Assembly: GCA_965662465.1 (NCBI GenBank)
Contig: CBFIIO010000004.1
Span: 67,500-131,499 of the forward strand
Reading direction: 5' to 3'
From: Planctomycetota bacterium
GTDB taxonomy: Bacteria > Planctomycetota > UBA1135 > UBA2386
Length of the DNA stretch: 64,000 nucleotides
The notes under the pieces are model-generated. The model saw nothing but the letters and a program-made list of their open reading frames with translations. It did no database searches and was not told the DNA's origin. A program made the position numbers and the translations under genes. Below, piece after piece: positions 56,143-64,000 of this stretch (the stretch's first letter is position 1; every line of letters begins with the position of its first letter).

Positions 56143-56610
56143 ATGACCACCAAACAACTGATCTTCCGCGCGATAGCTGCAGCATGCGTCTACTGCTGTC
56201 TTTCCAGCTGTAGCAACAGCCCTGTCGACGTCACGTTTGTGGTGACCGGTAATGACCAGATGCGGTTCAGCCAAGAGCGATTCGAGACAACCGCCCCCGC
56301 AACAGTAACGATCAAGTTCAAGAACGTCGGCACGATGCCGAAGCAGTCCATGGGACACAACTTCGTGCTACTCAAGAACGGTGCCAAGACCCTCGAGTTT
56401 GCCGGCCGCTGCCTTAGTGGCGGGGCCACCATGGAAAACGATTTCCTGCCAGAGGCAGTGCGCAGCGATGTGCTAGCGCACACGAAACTACTTGGCCCGG
56501 GCGAAGAAGCCGAACTCATCGTCAAACTCGATGAAGCTGGCAGCTACCCATACCTCTGCACCTTTGTTGGGCATGCCTCCCTTATGAGAGGCGTGATCAC
56601 CGTCAGATAA
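56143..56610 (+). CDS. azurin-type blue copper protein (lipoprotein form)
   Basis: Trimmed to ATG 56143. The lipobox is CLSSCSN. The azurin ligand pattern is MGHNFVLLK ... YLCTFVGHASLM. The N-terminal GNDQMRFS block is as in azurins. Confidence 0.85.
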   Translation: MTTKQLIFRAIAAACVYCCLSSCSNSPVDVTFVVTGNDQMRFSQERFETTAPATVTIKFKNVGTMPKQSMGHNFVLLKNGAKTLEFAGRCLSGGATMENDFLPEAVRSDVLAHTKLLGPGEEAELIVKLDEAGSYPYLCTFVGHASLMRGVITVR

Positions 56611-56626
56611 AGGATCTTGGCAAGGC

Positions 56627-56642
56627 TGAGGCCACTGCCTCA
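56627..56642. terminator. hairpin TGAGGC-CACT-GCCTCA between convergent genes (possible bidirectional terminator)
   Basis: A 6-bp stem with a 4-nt loop. It is flanked by a longer-range inverted repeat GGCTGAGG (56624-56631) / CCTCAGCC (56662-56669). There is no U-tract. Confidence 0.3.
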
Positions 56643-56675
56643 ACCATCGCCCATCATTGATCCTCAGCCAGGCCC

Positions 56676-57419
56676 TTACTCGACGGTGACCTTGATGGTT
56701 TGCGCGAGCTTCTCGCCATAGCTGCGATGCGCTGCATCCGCAAACTGCATCGTCAGCTCATAAGTTCCCGGCGCAAGCGTGACCTCGGCTTCCGTTTGAG
56801 CCTTGCCGTAGTGCAACAGGCCATCCTGGCCCATTGGCATAATGATGCCGGGCGTGATAACGCCCTTGTTGATCGTGATGTGATGGTGACCCATCGTCTT
56901 GTCGAGCGCATTTTGACCAGCAGGCGAAAGGTCTGCACCGGCCAAAGCAAAGCTCACCTTGAACGGAGACTTTACCGTTGCACCATCCTTTGGCTCGCCC
57001 CACTGCACCCCGAGGGAATCTGGCGTTGCTTCTACGGTGTATTCAACCGTTTGAGCCTGAGCCGTTGCTTTACCGTCTTTGCCGTAATGCTGCACATGCA
57101 AGGTTTGCTTGCCTGTTGGCATCTCGACTGTGCCAAACGTTTTGCCCGACGCAAACGATAACGCACCAGTAGGCATGCTACTCCCGACCTTTGGCGCATC
57201 GCCGCCAATGACAACAGCGATGGTGCCCTCAATGGAGCTTTCCTTAGATGGATCGCCAACGTAGATCGGAGACTGGGTAAACACCGTCGATCCGCTTTCT
57301 GGCCACACTACGAACTCCATCGATTCCATGTTGGCAGCGTTCGAACTTGTATTTTCAGATCCACAACTGCTGAGCCCCAGGACTGCAACCGTAAGCGCGA
57401 GAGACAAAGTCTTATTCAT
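56676..57419 (-). CDS. DUF4399 domain lipoprotein
   Basis: 247 aa. The lipobox is LGLSSCGS. The motif is MGHHHITINKG ... HYGKAQTEAEVTLAPGTYELTMQFADAAH. Confidence 0.7.
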   Translation of the reverse strand: MNKTLSLALTVAVLGLSSCGSENTSSNAANMESMEFVVWPESGSTVFTQSPIYVGDPSKESSIEGTIAVVIGGDAPKVGSSMPTGALSFASGKTFGTVEMPTGKQTLHVQHYGKDGKATAQAQTVEYTVEATPDSLGVQWGEPKDGATVKSPFKVSFALAGADLSPAGQNALDKTMGHHHITINKGVITPGIIMPMGQDGLLHYGKAQTEAEVTLAPGTYELTMQFADAAHRSYGEKLAQTIKVTVE

Positions 57420-57588
57420 CCGAGAAGCCTATTCGACGACGAGTATGAGACACGACGCGTCTTCATATTTTACTGAGCCAGCTCACCAGGAAATTTCACC
57501 GCACCGACACCAGACCGCTCAGCACCATCACAAATATGGCAACTCATGATGATCTCAAGCGCCAAAAGCTGCATGAGACAGGCGGGCG

Positions 57589-58857
57589 CTAGTCAAGATT
57601 GTGATCCGTAGGATCAGCCGCAACATCGCTGTCACGAAGGGGTGGTGGCACGCTGGCGTCGTCGCCAGCAAAGGATGGCGCAGAACGATATCCACAAATG
57701 CGTGCTAGCAAGATGGCTGGGAATTGCTGCGTTCGATCGTTCCACTCCTGCACAATGTCGTTGTAGAGCTGACGGCTGTGAGACAGCTTTTCTTCAACCG
57801 CCCAAAGGCGTTCGTGTAGGTCGCGGTAGATCGAATCAGTGCGAAGTTCGGGATAGGACTCATGAAGGAGCAAAACCTGCCTCGCCGTCGCAACCGACTT
57901 TGACTCTGCTTCGGTTGCTTCATCAGCGGATCCCGTCACACGGATTTCGACAAGCTTAGCGAGTAAGTCTTGTTCGTGGCTGCAGGCTACTTTCACAACC
58001 TCCACCAGATTCGGAACGAGAGCACTACGAACAGCTAGATCGACATCAACCTGACGAAACCCTGCTTGCACCTGCTGCCTAAGACGAACTAAGCGGTTAT
58101 AGGTTGCAAGCGTCCAAAACGGCAACGCAAGACCAAGCCCTGCCGCCACCGTGATCGCGATCGTCGCCGGCGAATGATGCCACCGAGGCCCTTGTGCTAA
58201 TACTGCTGCAGAAACCCCAGCGAGCAGCGGCGCAAAGTAGCAAAAGAAGAACAGCCAAGCTTCGCTACCGTGCGAAGATCGCACCCGCGCCTCCGGCTTC
58301 TTCCTCGTTAGCAGCAGCGGCACTTCACGCTGCTTGGCAAACGTATTGTCATCTCCAGCAACCCCAAGCACGGAAATCGTCTCACCAACTTGGATCATCG
58401 AGGCAGAGTGTCGTCGTCGACTGGTCTCGTAATCCCTACCCGCATGCAACAACGCTTCGTTGTCCGCATCATGAAAAATGATGTAGATGCTATCGCCATC
58501 ATCGAGAACAAAGTTTTGGTCACGCTGCTCTGAAGAGACGGTTCGCCATGAAGTACGCGTCCGGCTCTTACCCTTACTATCCCTATAACGTGTCGTGACC
58601 TTCTTCTCGATCTTGTAGCGGTAGGAGACACAAGGAACGTCAAACCACGGGCAGATGAGCGGATCGTCGCTCAATACTGTGCCGCGCAGCCAAGCATCAT
58701 CGCCGACGGACAAGGCGCGAATCGGCAGTTCGGGAGCGCGAGCCATCACCCATGTATGATCATCTTGTCGACGGAGTCGCCATTGAAAGATCCATCCGAG
58801 CAGAACGCCTACTGCGACGGCGATGCACGCTGCTTCAATCTCCGCTCGGGCCAGCAC
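57589..58857 (-). CDS. membrane protein fusing a GIDE-like N-terminal domain to a LemA domain
   Basis: 422 aa from a GTG start. It has an N-terminal TM, then a GIDE-like region (LRGTVLSDDPLICPWFDVPCVSYRYKIEKK...). Two TM helices follow, then a LemA-like region (YNRLVRLRQQVQAGFRQVDV...LYNDIVQEWNDRTQQFP). Confidence 0.7.
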   Translation of the reverse strand: MLARAEIEAACIAVAVGVLLGWIFQWRLRRQDDHTWVMARAPELPIRALSVGDDAWLRGTVLSDDPLICPWFDVPCVSYRYKIEKKVTTRYRDSKGKSRTRTSWRTVSSEQRDQNFVLDDGDSIYIIFHDADNEALLHAGRDYETSRRRHSASMIQVGETISVLGVAGDDNTFAKQREVPLLLTRKKPEARVRSSHGSEAWLFFFCYFAPLLAGVSAAVLAQGPRWHHSPATIAITVAAGLGLALPFWTLATYNRLVRLRQQVQAGFRQVDVDLAVRSALVPNLVEVVKVACSHEQDLLAKLVEIRVTGSADEATEAESKSVATARQVLLLHESYPELRTDSIYRDLHERLWAVEEKLSHSRQLYNDIVQEWNDRTQQFPAILLARICGYRSAPSFAGDDASVPPPLRDSDVAADPTDHNLD

Positions 58858-58988
58858 TCACGTATCTTGCCAAGAGCTATAGTCTTTGGCTAGCGACTCT
58901 CGACCAGAGTGAAGTCCTCAAGAATCCTAGCACGATAGCCGTCAACGAAACGCCAATCCCTCATCGACCTAAGAACGCTTCGCAACAA

Positions 58989-59012
58989 CAGCTTCAGGAG
59001 CTCCAGAAGCTG
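58989..59012 (-). terminator. 24-nt near-perfect palindrome CAGCTTC-A-GGAGCTCC-A-GAAGCTG just downstream of the K+ channel gene
   Basis: It begins 12 nt after the channel stop (59024-59026). On the minus strand it is followed by TTGTTGCG. It could instead be an operator for the downstream GIDE-LemA gene. Confidence 0.35.
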
Positions 59013-59023
59013 CGGCACCAACG

Positions 59024-59785
59024 TCAAATCTCTTTACCACAGTGAGGACAAAATGGCTTCGCAAGCTGCTTGTCGTTCACTTCTTCGAGAAAGGCAGCAC
59101 CCAAAATGCTAGTTGGGAGCGCGAACATTCCAATTCCAAGGATCGCAACAAACCCTGCAAACGTCTGCCCTAGCGGGGTGATTGGACTCGCATCTCCATA
59201 ACCAACCGTTGTAAGGGTGACAATGCTCCACCACATGGCTGCAGGAATGCTGCCAAACTGATCGCTGTTTGCATGGCGTTCAGCGAAGTACATCAAGCAC
59301 GAAGTGAAGACCAGCAAGATCAAGATGATGATGAGGGTCACCATCAACTCCATCCGCTTGCGAATGAGAACTCGCTGAAAGACCTGCATCGCCCGGATGT
59401 AGCGGCTTAACTTCAGTAGTCGAAGAATCCTGATGAAGCGAGCATCGAGGCCAAGGTATGCCGGGGCGAAGGCGGCAAGATCAATGAGTGCCATTGGCGT
59501 ACAGGCAAAGCGTATGCGTCCAAGCATGGGTGCGCGGAAAGCTCTGGCTTCTACGCAACTCCAGATCCTGATGCAGTATTCCAAGGTGAAGACAACAAGC
59601 GATGCCAACTCCAAATTCCGGAATAGCTTTGTGTACTCCCGATCAACCTCAGGGATCGACTGGAGCACAAGTGCCGCAACGTTGACTAAAATCAAAGTCA
59701 GGATGCAAACATCGACAAGACGGCTTGAGCGGTCGCCGGGGTTTGCAGTTTCAATGATTTCGTAGACCCGGCGCCTCACACTCAT
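59024..59785 (-). CDS. voltage-gated potassium channel (6-TM Kv type)
   Basis: 253 aa. The selectivity filter is TLTTVGYGD. The S4-like helix has a basic residue at every third position (RFIRILRLLKLSR). Confidence 0.85.
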   Translation of the reverse strand: MSVRRRVYEIIETANPGDRSSRLVDVCILTLILVNVAALVLQSIPEVDREYTKLFRNLELASLVVFTLEYCIRIWSCVEARAFRAPMLGRIRFACTPMALIDLAAFAPAYLGLDARFIRILRLLKLSRYIRAMQVFQRVLIRKRMELMVTLIIILILLVFTSCLMYFAERHANSDQFGSIPAAMWWSIVTLTTVGYGDASPITPLGQTFAGFVAILGIGMFALPTSILGAAFLEEVNDKQLAKPFCPHCGKEI

Positions 59786-60043
59786 AACGGCAATGGTAGT
59801 GTGTTAGCTGCTGACCAAACGCCATAACGACGCGTTTTTTCGCAACGTCCGCTGCCGCCGCTGAGACTTTCTCGACCAAACTGCGCCACAGCTAACGACA
59901 GTCGCCAATGCGGCCGCCTGGTTGCTACCTGACTACATCTGCAAACGGCTACAACGAGTGAGGTTTACGATTACCTTCGGCTTAGAGCGGAACTCGTAGA
60001 TATCGACCTAGGCAATGTCGAATAAGCAGCCGCGTCGAACACC

Positions 60044-61438
60044 TTACGCATCCGCAAATAGGCGCACCGAGATGATCAAAAAGACGATCGCGGCGGCGAA
60101 CAACTTAAGCAGTAACGGTGTCACAAACTTGAGCCAAGCCCCGTATGGGATCTTGCCCAAAGCAAGAGTTCCCATCACCAGTGCACTAGTGGGCACAACC
60201 ATATTGGTGAATCCATCTCCAAACTGATAGGCGAGCACCGCAGTCTCTTGGGGGACCTGCGTAAGGTCTGCAAGAGGTGACATGATCGGCATCGTTACGT
60301 AAGCCTGGCCGGTTCCCGACGGGATAAAGAGGTTGCAGACCGTCTGCACGCCCAGCATTCCGATTGCAGCAACATCTGCCGAAGCCCCATCAAGCAGACT
60401 CGCAATCCCATGGATCACGGTGTCTGCAATCTGGCCGTCATCGAGAACGACCTGGATCGCTCGAGCGACCCCAATAAGCAACGCGGCGCTGGTCATTTCT
60501 GCAGCACCTTCAATGAAGCTGCGACTGGTGTCGCTTGGTGACATACGCACCAAGGCTGCAGCTACGATGCCTATACCGAGGAACACCGCATTGAGTTCGA
60601 GGATGTACCAACCTTCATATTTGGCGCCAAAGACAAAGCCGACAATGCCAGCCAGGAACACCAACAATACCGCGGCCCTTGCCCCATTGAACTTGATGTC
60701 TGTCGGTGGCTCAAAGCCGGTGCTGTAATCGATGTGGGCGACCAAGCTCTTACTGGGGTCTTTGCGAATGCGACGCGCATACGCATAGACATGCTGGAAG
60801 CCAATCAGCAGGAATACCAACAGCATTAAGAAGCGAAAGCCGGTGCCACTCTCTAGCGGGACACCAGCGAGGTTCTTAGCGACGACCACACCAAATGGGT
60901 TAAACGCCGCTGATGCCCAACCAATCCCATATGGAACCCACACCATGCCCATGGCAACGATAGCGTCCATTTTCATGGCTAAACTCATGGTGACGAGGAT
61001 GGGTATCAAAGGAACGTACTCCTCTCCCATGCCGATGGTGAACGCACCAAGGCTGAACATCGACAAACACCCAGCTATCAGAATCCAAGGCTTTGCTCCA
61101 AGGCGATGAACTGCCGCGTGAAGTGCCGCATCGATTGCTCCCGTCCTGCGCAGAATTTTGATGACGCCGCCGACCAGAAACACCAGGAATACAATGTCCA
61201 TGGCCTTCTCCAGTCCCTTGGGGATTGCCATCAGGCAATACCAGGGCCAGAGCGTAGTTTGCTCAGCCTCAGGCAGACGCTCATAAGATCCTGCGACGAC
61301 CATCGTCTTTGACGAATCAGGCACAGGCACACGGTCGAACTGCCCCTGTGGGACGACGTACGTGAGCAACTGCGCGATGACAACGATCGAGAAGATCAGC
61401 ACAAGAGAGTCCAGCGACCAGCGTTTCTTCTGCGACAT
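60044..61438 (-). CDS. YfcC / DcuC-superfamily transporter
   Basis: 464 aa polytopic membrane protein. The N-terminus LIFSIVVIAQLLTYVVPQGQFDR resembles YfcC-family starts. Confidence 0.7.
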   Translation of the reverse strand: MSQKKRWSLDSLVLIFSIVVIAQLLTYVVPQGQFDRVPVPDSSKTMVVAGSYERLPEAEQTTLWPWYCLMAIPKGLEKAMDIVFLVFLVGGVIKILRRTGAIDAALHAAVHRLGAKPWILIAGCLSMFSLGAFTIGMGEEYVPLIPILVTMSLAMKMDAIVAMGMVWVPYGIGWASAAFNPFGVVVAKNLAGVPLESGTGFRFLMLLVFLLIGFQHVYAYARRIRKDPSKSLVAHIDYSTGFEPPTDIKFNGARAAVLLVFLAGIVGFVFGAKYEGWYILELNAVFLGIGIVAAALVRMSPSDTSRSFIEGAAEMTSAALLIGVARAIQVVLDDGQIADTVIHGIASLLDGASADVAAIGMLGVQTVCNLFIPSGTGQAYVTMPIMSPLADLTQVPQETAVLAYQFGDGFTNMVVPTSALVMGTLALGKIPYGAWLKFVTPLLLKLFAAAIVFLIISVRLFADA

Positions 61439-61814
61439 AGATCAAAGGCTACGCCTTCGCGCTTGATAAACCAGTCGGTGACCGAGGTGAAGGCTATTCA
61501 TTGCAGCAGTCAGTTGCAGCCACAACCAAAATGACCAGCAGTCACTCGTGCAAACTCTCCTCTAGGGCATCGCAAAGAACAGCCGCCATGCGCACGTAAG
61601 CCTCCTAGCTACTTCAATCTGCAGGATCAACAATCGATGACAGCGTCTTCAGGACCATCTGCAGCTACGTTCCTATCCCTGAAAATGAAACCGTGGCTAC
61701 TGCTAGATCATCACCAACGGCCAACAATACAAAATGATCACGAGTTGCGACTACGGCCACTTCTACAGAGCATGTAGACACTTCACTGTCCAAAATTGAA
61801 GCTCAGACAGAAGC

Positions 61815-62432
61815 ATGAAGGCAATCCAATTTTTCACTGCAATCGGCGTCATTGCTGGAGCGCTCCTGGGACCAGGTCAAGTTATCTGGTGTTTGTTCCT
61901 GTCAGGATCGGCCGGTGCTTCTTACAAGTGCGAGCCAGATCAAGAGATCTCGATCTCGCTTTCTCCCGACCAAAGTCCGGTGCGACTCTTAGCAAGAATA
62001 GAGTACCGCAAACCACGTCTACACATCGGTATCGGGCCACCGCGAACCTCCTTCAAAGGCGTGCTAAGCCGTGATGACAAACAACTGTGGTCCGACACAT
62101 TCGGTGTCACTGTTGGTGACGACGAGAAGACCGGCGTATTCGGTCTGAGTTCGAGTTATTCGACCAGCTCACTGCAGGTGTTTATGGTCGATACAGCAGG
62201 CGACTACCAGTTCATCGCGAAGAGCACTCGGAGTGATGACATCGAGATCCGATCGATCACTCTGAAGGTCCGTCAAAACGTGACGGAAGTAGACCTGATC
62301 ACTGCGATTGCAGGCTTTGCACTGCTGTTACTCGCATTCGCATTTGGAACGACAAAAGCTCGCGCAACTCGTCGTAATTCCAAGCGAAAGAGTAAGACAA
62401 CTCGCCTAAGCAGGGACGGAGAGGTGAGCTAG
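61815..62432 (+). CDS. hypothetical membrane protein (TM at each end, basic tail)
   Basis: 205 aa with an ATG start. No family recognised. Confidence 0.45.
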   Translation: MKAIQFFTAIGVIAGALLGPGQVIWCLFLSGSAGASYKCEPDQEISISLSPDQSPVRLLARIEYRKPRLHIGIGPPRTSFKGVLSRDDKQLWSDTFGVTVGDDEKTGVFGLSSSYSTSSLQVFMVDTAGDYQFIAKSTRSDDIEIRSITLKVRQNVTEVDLITAIAGFALLLLAFAFGTTKARATRRNSKRKSKTTRLSRDGEVS

Positions 62433-62492
62433 ACCAAACTTGCTACGGACCGGCAAACAACCTCACCAACAGCTCAGATCATATTTACGACC

Positions 62493-62900
62493 CTACTTTG
62501 GCTGCGACTGCGGCGGCATCAAATCGGGCCGCAAAGGCTTACGGCGTCCGGAATGCCGTGGACCATAGTGCTTGCTCAGATAGTCCACAATTCGATCCTC
62601 CACCCCATCAGGCAGTGGCTGCATGCCGTGGTCACTTTGCATCCAGCGGATCAAACCAAGCCACGTCGCGCGATCGCCGCGCTGCTGCAAGAACTGCCGT
62701 GGACTGTGACAGGTGACGCAATGCTGTAAGACCAATCCAAATCCCGGCTCCTGGATCAGCTCCATCTCGACAATCGCGTTCGCCTCCTGTGTCACGGGCA
62801 ACGGTGACTCCGAGGGTTTCACAGTAACCGGATCTCGATCATTACCGCAGGCAGTCACGGAAACGGCCAGCACGGCACTGAGATAGGAACGACAACGCAT
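62493..62900 (-). CDS. mono-heme c-type cytochrome (SorB/SoxD-like), lipoprotein-type signal
   Basis: Trimmed to ATG 62900, which overlaps the upstream stop as ATGA. The lipobox-like sequence is VSVTACGN. There is a single CxxCH (HCVTCHSP). Confidence 0.7.
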   Translation of the reverse strand: MRCRSYLSAVLAVSVTACGNDRDPVTVKPSESPLPVTQEANAIVEMELIQEPGFGLVLQHCVTCHSPRQFLQQRGDRATWLGLIRWMQSDHGMQPLPDGVEDRIVDYLSKHYGPRHSGRRKPLRPDLMPPQSQPK

Positions 62901-64000
62901 CAGGACTTGGCCAGCACGGCAATGCGGTGGCACGCGTTGTTTAAGTAGCCTTTCGGATTCCAGCCTGGCACGACCATTGGTTGTGATCTGCCGCGATCAT
63001 CAGTCGCTCGCGCCCAGACCTCATAGTAACCATCCTTAGGGAGAGTGATATTTGCGCGCCATCGCTGCCAAGCGAGACGATTTGGTGCCGGCGACAGCGT
63101 TGCCTGCTGCCAAGTTGCCCCGAAGTCGATCGAGACGGACACCTCATCAATCGCACCATCTCCGACCCAAGCATGGCCCCGAACCTCGTGCGGCTCACCC
63201 AGGGCCAATACAGACCCACTCTTAGGAAACGTGACTAACGATTTGACGGGCATCGCTTCGATGATGCCCATGTCTTCATCAGGAACCTTGCTGCCGGGAG
63301 CGACCGGATTCTTTGGTACTCGATAGGCTTTGCCGGTCATTTTGGTGCCATCGTGCACACGATCACGGACGACAATCTTACGCAGCCACTTGCCACTTGT
63401 TGATGCTGGCCAGCCACCACAAACGAGTCGTAGCGGATACCCGTTCAGCCATGGCAGGTCTTTGCCGTTGAGCTGATAGGCCAAAAGTGTTTCCGGCTCG
63501 AGCGCCTTACGCATCGGCACGCCTCGTGAGATCGGATTCTTGGTAGAGTCTCCGGAAAGGTGCCGATCGCTTCCGTAGTAACCGATGTAGACCGCATCAT
63601 CAGCGATACCACATGCACGCAGGACATCACTCAAACGAACTCCGGTCCACCTAGGGCAGCCTACGGCGCCAGTGGTCCATTGGTTACCAGTCGCCGGTGG
63701 CGAGAACTCCGCGCGACCGTTACCGGCACACTCAATCGTCAACTGGTAAGTATGTTCCGCAAACTGCTCGCGCAACTGTGCCAAAGTGAACGTGCGTGGA
63801 TTTGTGCAAGCTTCGCCAGCAATCTCGAGTGTCCAGGTACTCGCATCAATGTCATCAAGCCGCGGTGGGTGGCCATTATTGCGCACGAACAGTCGCTGTG
63901 CTGGCGTAACGTCATCGTCGAGAAAGTGCGCTGGAGTCTCGGCATTGATCGGCCGGTCATTGAGTACTCGCAAGCCACTCTTGCCGACTAAGTCGACCGG
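62900..64000 (-). CDS. sulfite-oxidase-family molybdopterin oxidoreductase (SorA/SoxC-like), 5' end outside the window
   Basis: The frame stays open upstream of the TTG at 63973 to the window edge (PVDLVGKSGLRVLNDRPINAETP...). Family blocks are FVRNNGHPP and TIECAGNGR, plus a C-terminal dimerisation-domain-like region. Confidence 0.8.
   Translation of the reverse strand, partial: PVDLVGKSGLRVLNDRPINAETPAHFLDDDVTPAQRLFVRNNGHPPRLDDIDASTWTLEIAGEACTNPRTFTLAQLREQFAEHTYQLTIECAGNGRAEFSPPATGNQWTTGAVGCPRWTGVRLSDVLRACGIADDAVYIGYYGSDRHLSGDSTKNPISRGVPMRKALEPETLLAYQLNGKDLPWLNGYPLRLVCGGWPASTSGKWLRKIVVRDRVHDGTKMTGKAYRVPKNPVAPGSKVPDEDMGIIEAMPVKSLVTFPKSGSVLALGEPHEVRGHAWVGDGAIDEVSVSIDFGATWQQATLSPAPNRLAWQRWRANITLPKDGYYEVWARATDDRGRSQPMVVPGWNPKGYLNNACHRIAVLAKS

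Noticed and set aside
59786-60043. T6 run (gcgttttttcgc, about 59833-59844) as an intrinsic terminator
   Set aside because: The T-run is on the plus strand while both flanking genes are on the minus strand, and no stable stem precedes it.
1-64000. Search for mobile elements, defence systems, toxin-antitoxin pairs, CRISPR and prophage remnants
   Set aside because: I found no integrase, transposase or recombinase, and no nuclease, helicase or ATPase clusters. I found no cas genes, no toxin partner for the RHH-like ORF, and no flanking direct repeats around the GC-rich block. Nothing supports such a call from sequence inspection alone.

Overview
This is a gene-dense 64-kb chromosomal segment with about 50 protein-coding genes on both strands, short spacers and several 1-8 nt start/stop overlaps. 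I recognise no rRNA, tRNA, CRISPR array, transposase, integrase, phage or known defence genes. The gene content looks like a PVC-superphylum (Planctomycetota/Verrucomicrobiota-type) genome. It has a PSCyt/PSD1 + DUF1501 pair, a DUF1592-family + DUF1552 pair and three FG-GAP/VCBS proteins (one CRTAC1/ASPIC type). It also has many signal-peptide, lipoprotein or Tat-signal proteins of unknown function. Recognisable housekeeping and metabolic genes are pta, rlmN, a biotin carboxylase split from its BCCP domain, a GT4 glycosyltransferase, and peptidase-MA-like, M1 and M14-like metallopeptidases. Others are a bacterioferritin-like protein, a lipoprotein azurin, a Tat-signal Gfo/Idh/MocA oxidoreductase, a voltage-gated K+ channel, a YfcC-type transporter and a phosphate-porin-family porin. 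A SorAB-like sulfite dehydrogenase runs off the right edge. Several things are not explained by the gene list. A 5-copy tandem array of perfect hairpins sits between convergent genes (2073-2222) and supplies the stop codon of one of them; a stripped-down copy of the same palindrome is at 8051-8064. Short tandem repeats occupy two further convergent spacers. A G9 homopolymer lies upstream of the glycosyltransferase. A GC-rich block (about 51.0-53.9 kb) carries the M1 peptidase. The DUF4920 gene is internally duplicated and its conserved core differs only synonymously. There are unusual fusions (GIDE-LemA, CotH-ankyrin, alpha/beta-hydrolase plus polytopic membrane domain). Four otherwise unrelated secreted proteins end in a similar ~110-aa C-terminal tail. 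I did not find a clear-cut new multi-gene system. The most system-like candidates are the two heme-motif/Tat gene pairs and the set of secreted proteins with the shared tail. All functional calls are by-eye motif recognition and need HMM/BLAST confirmation.
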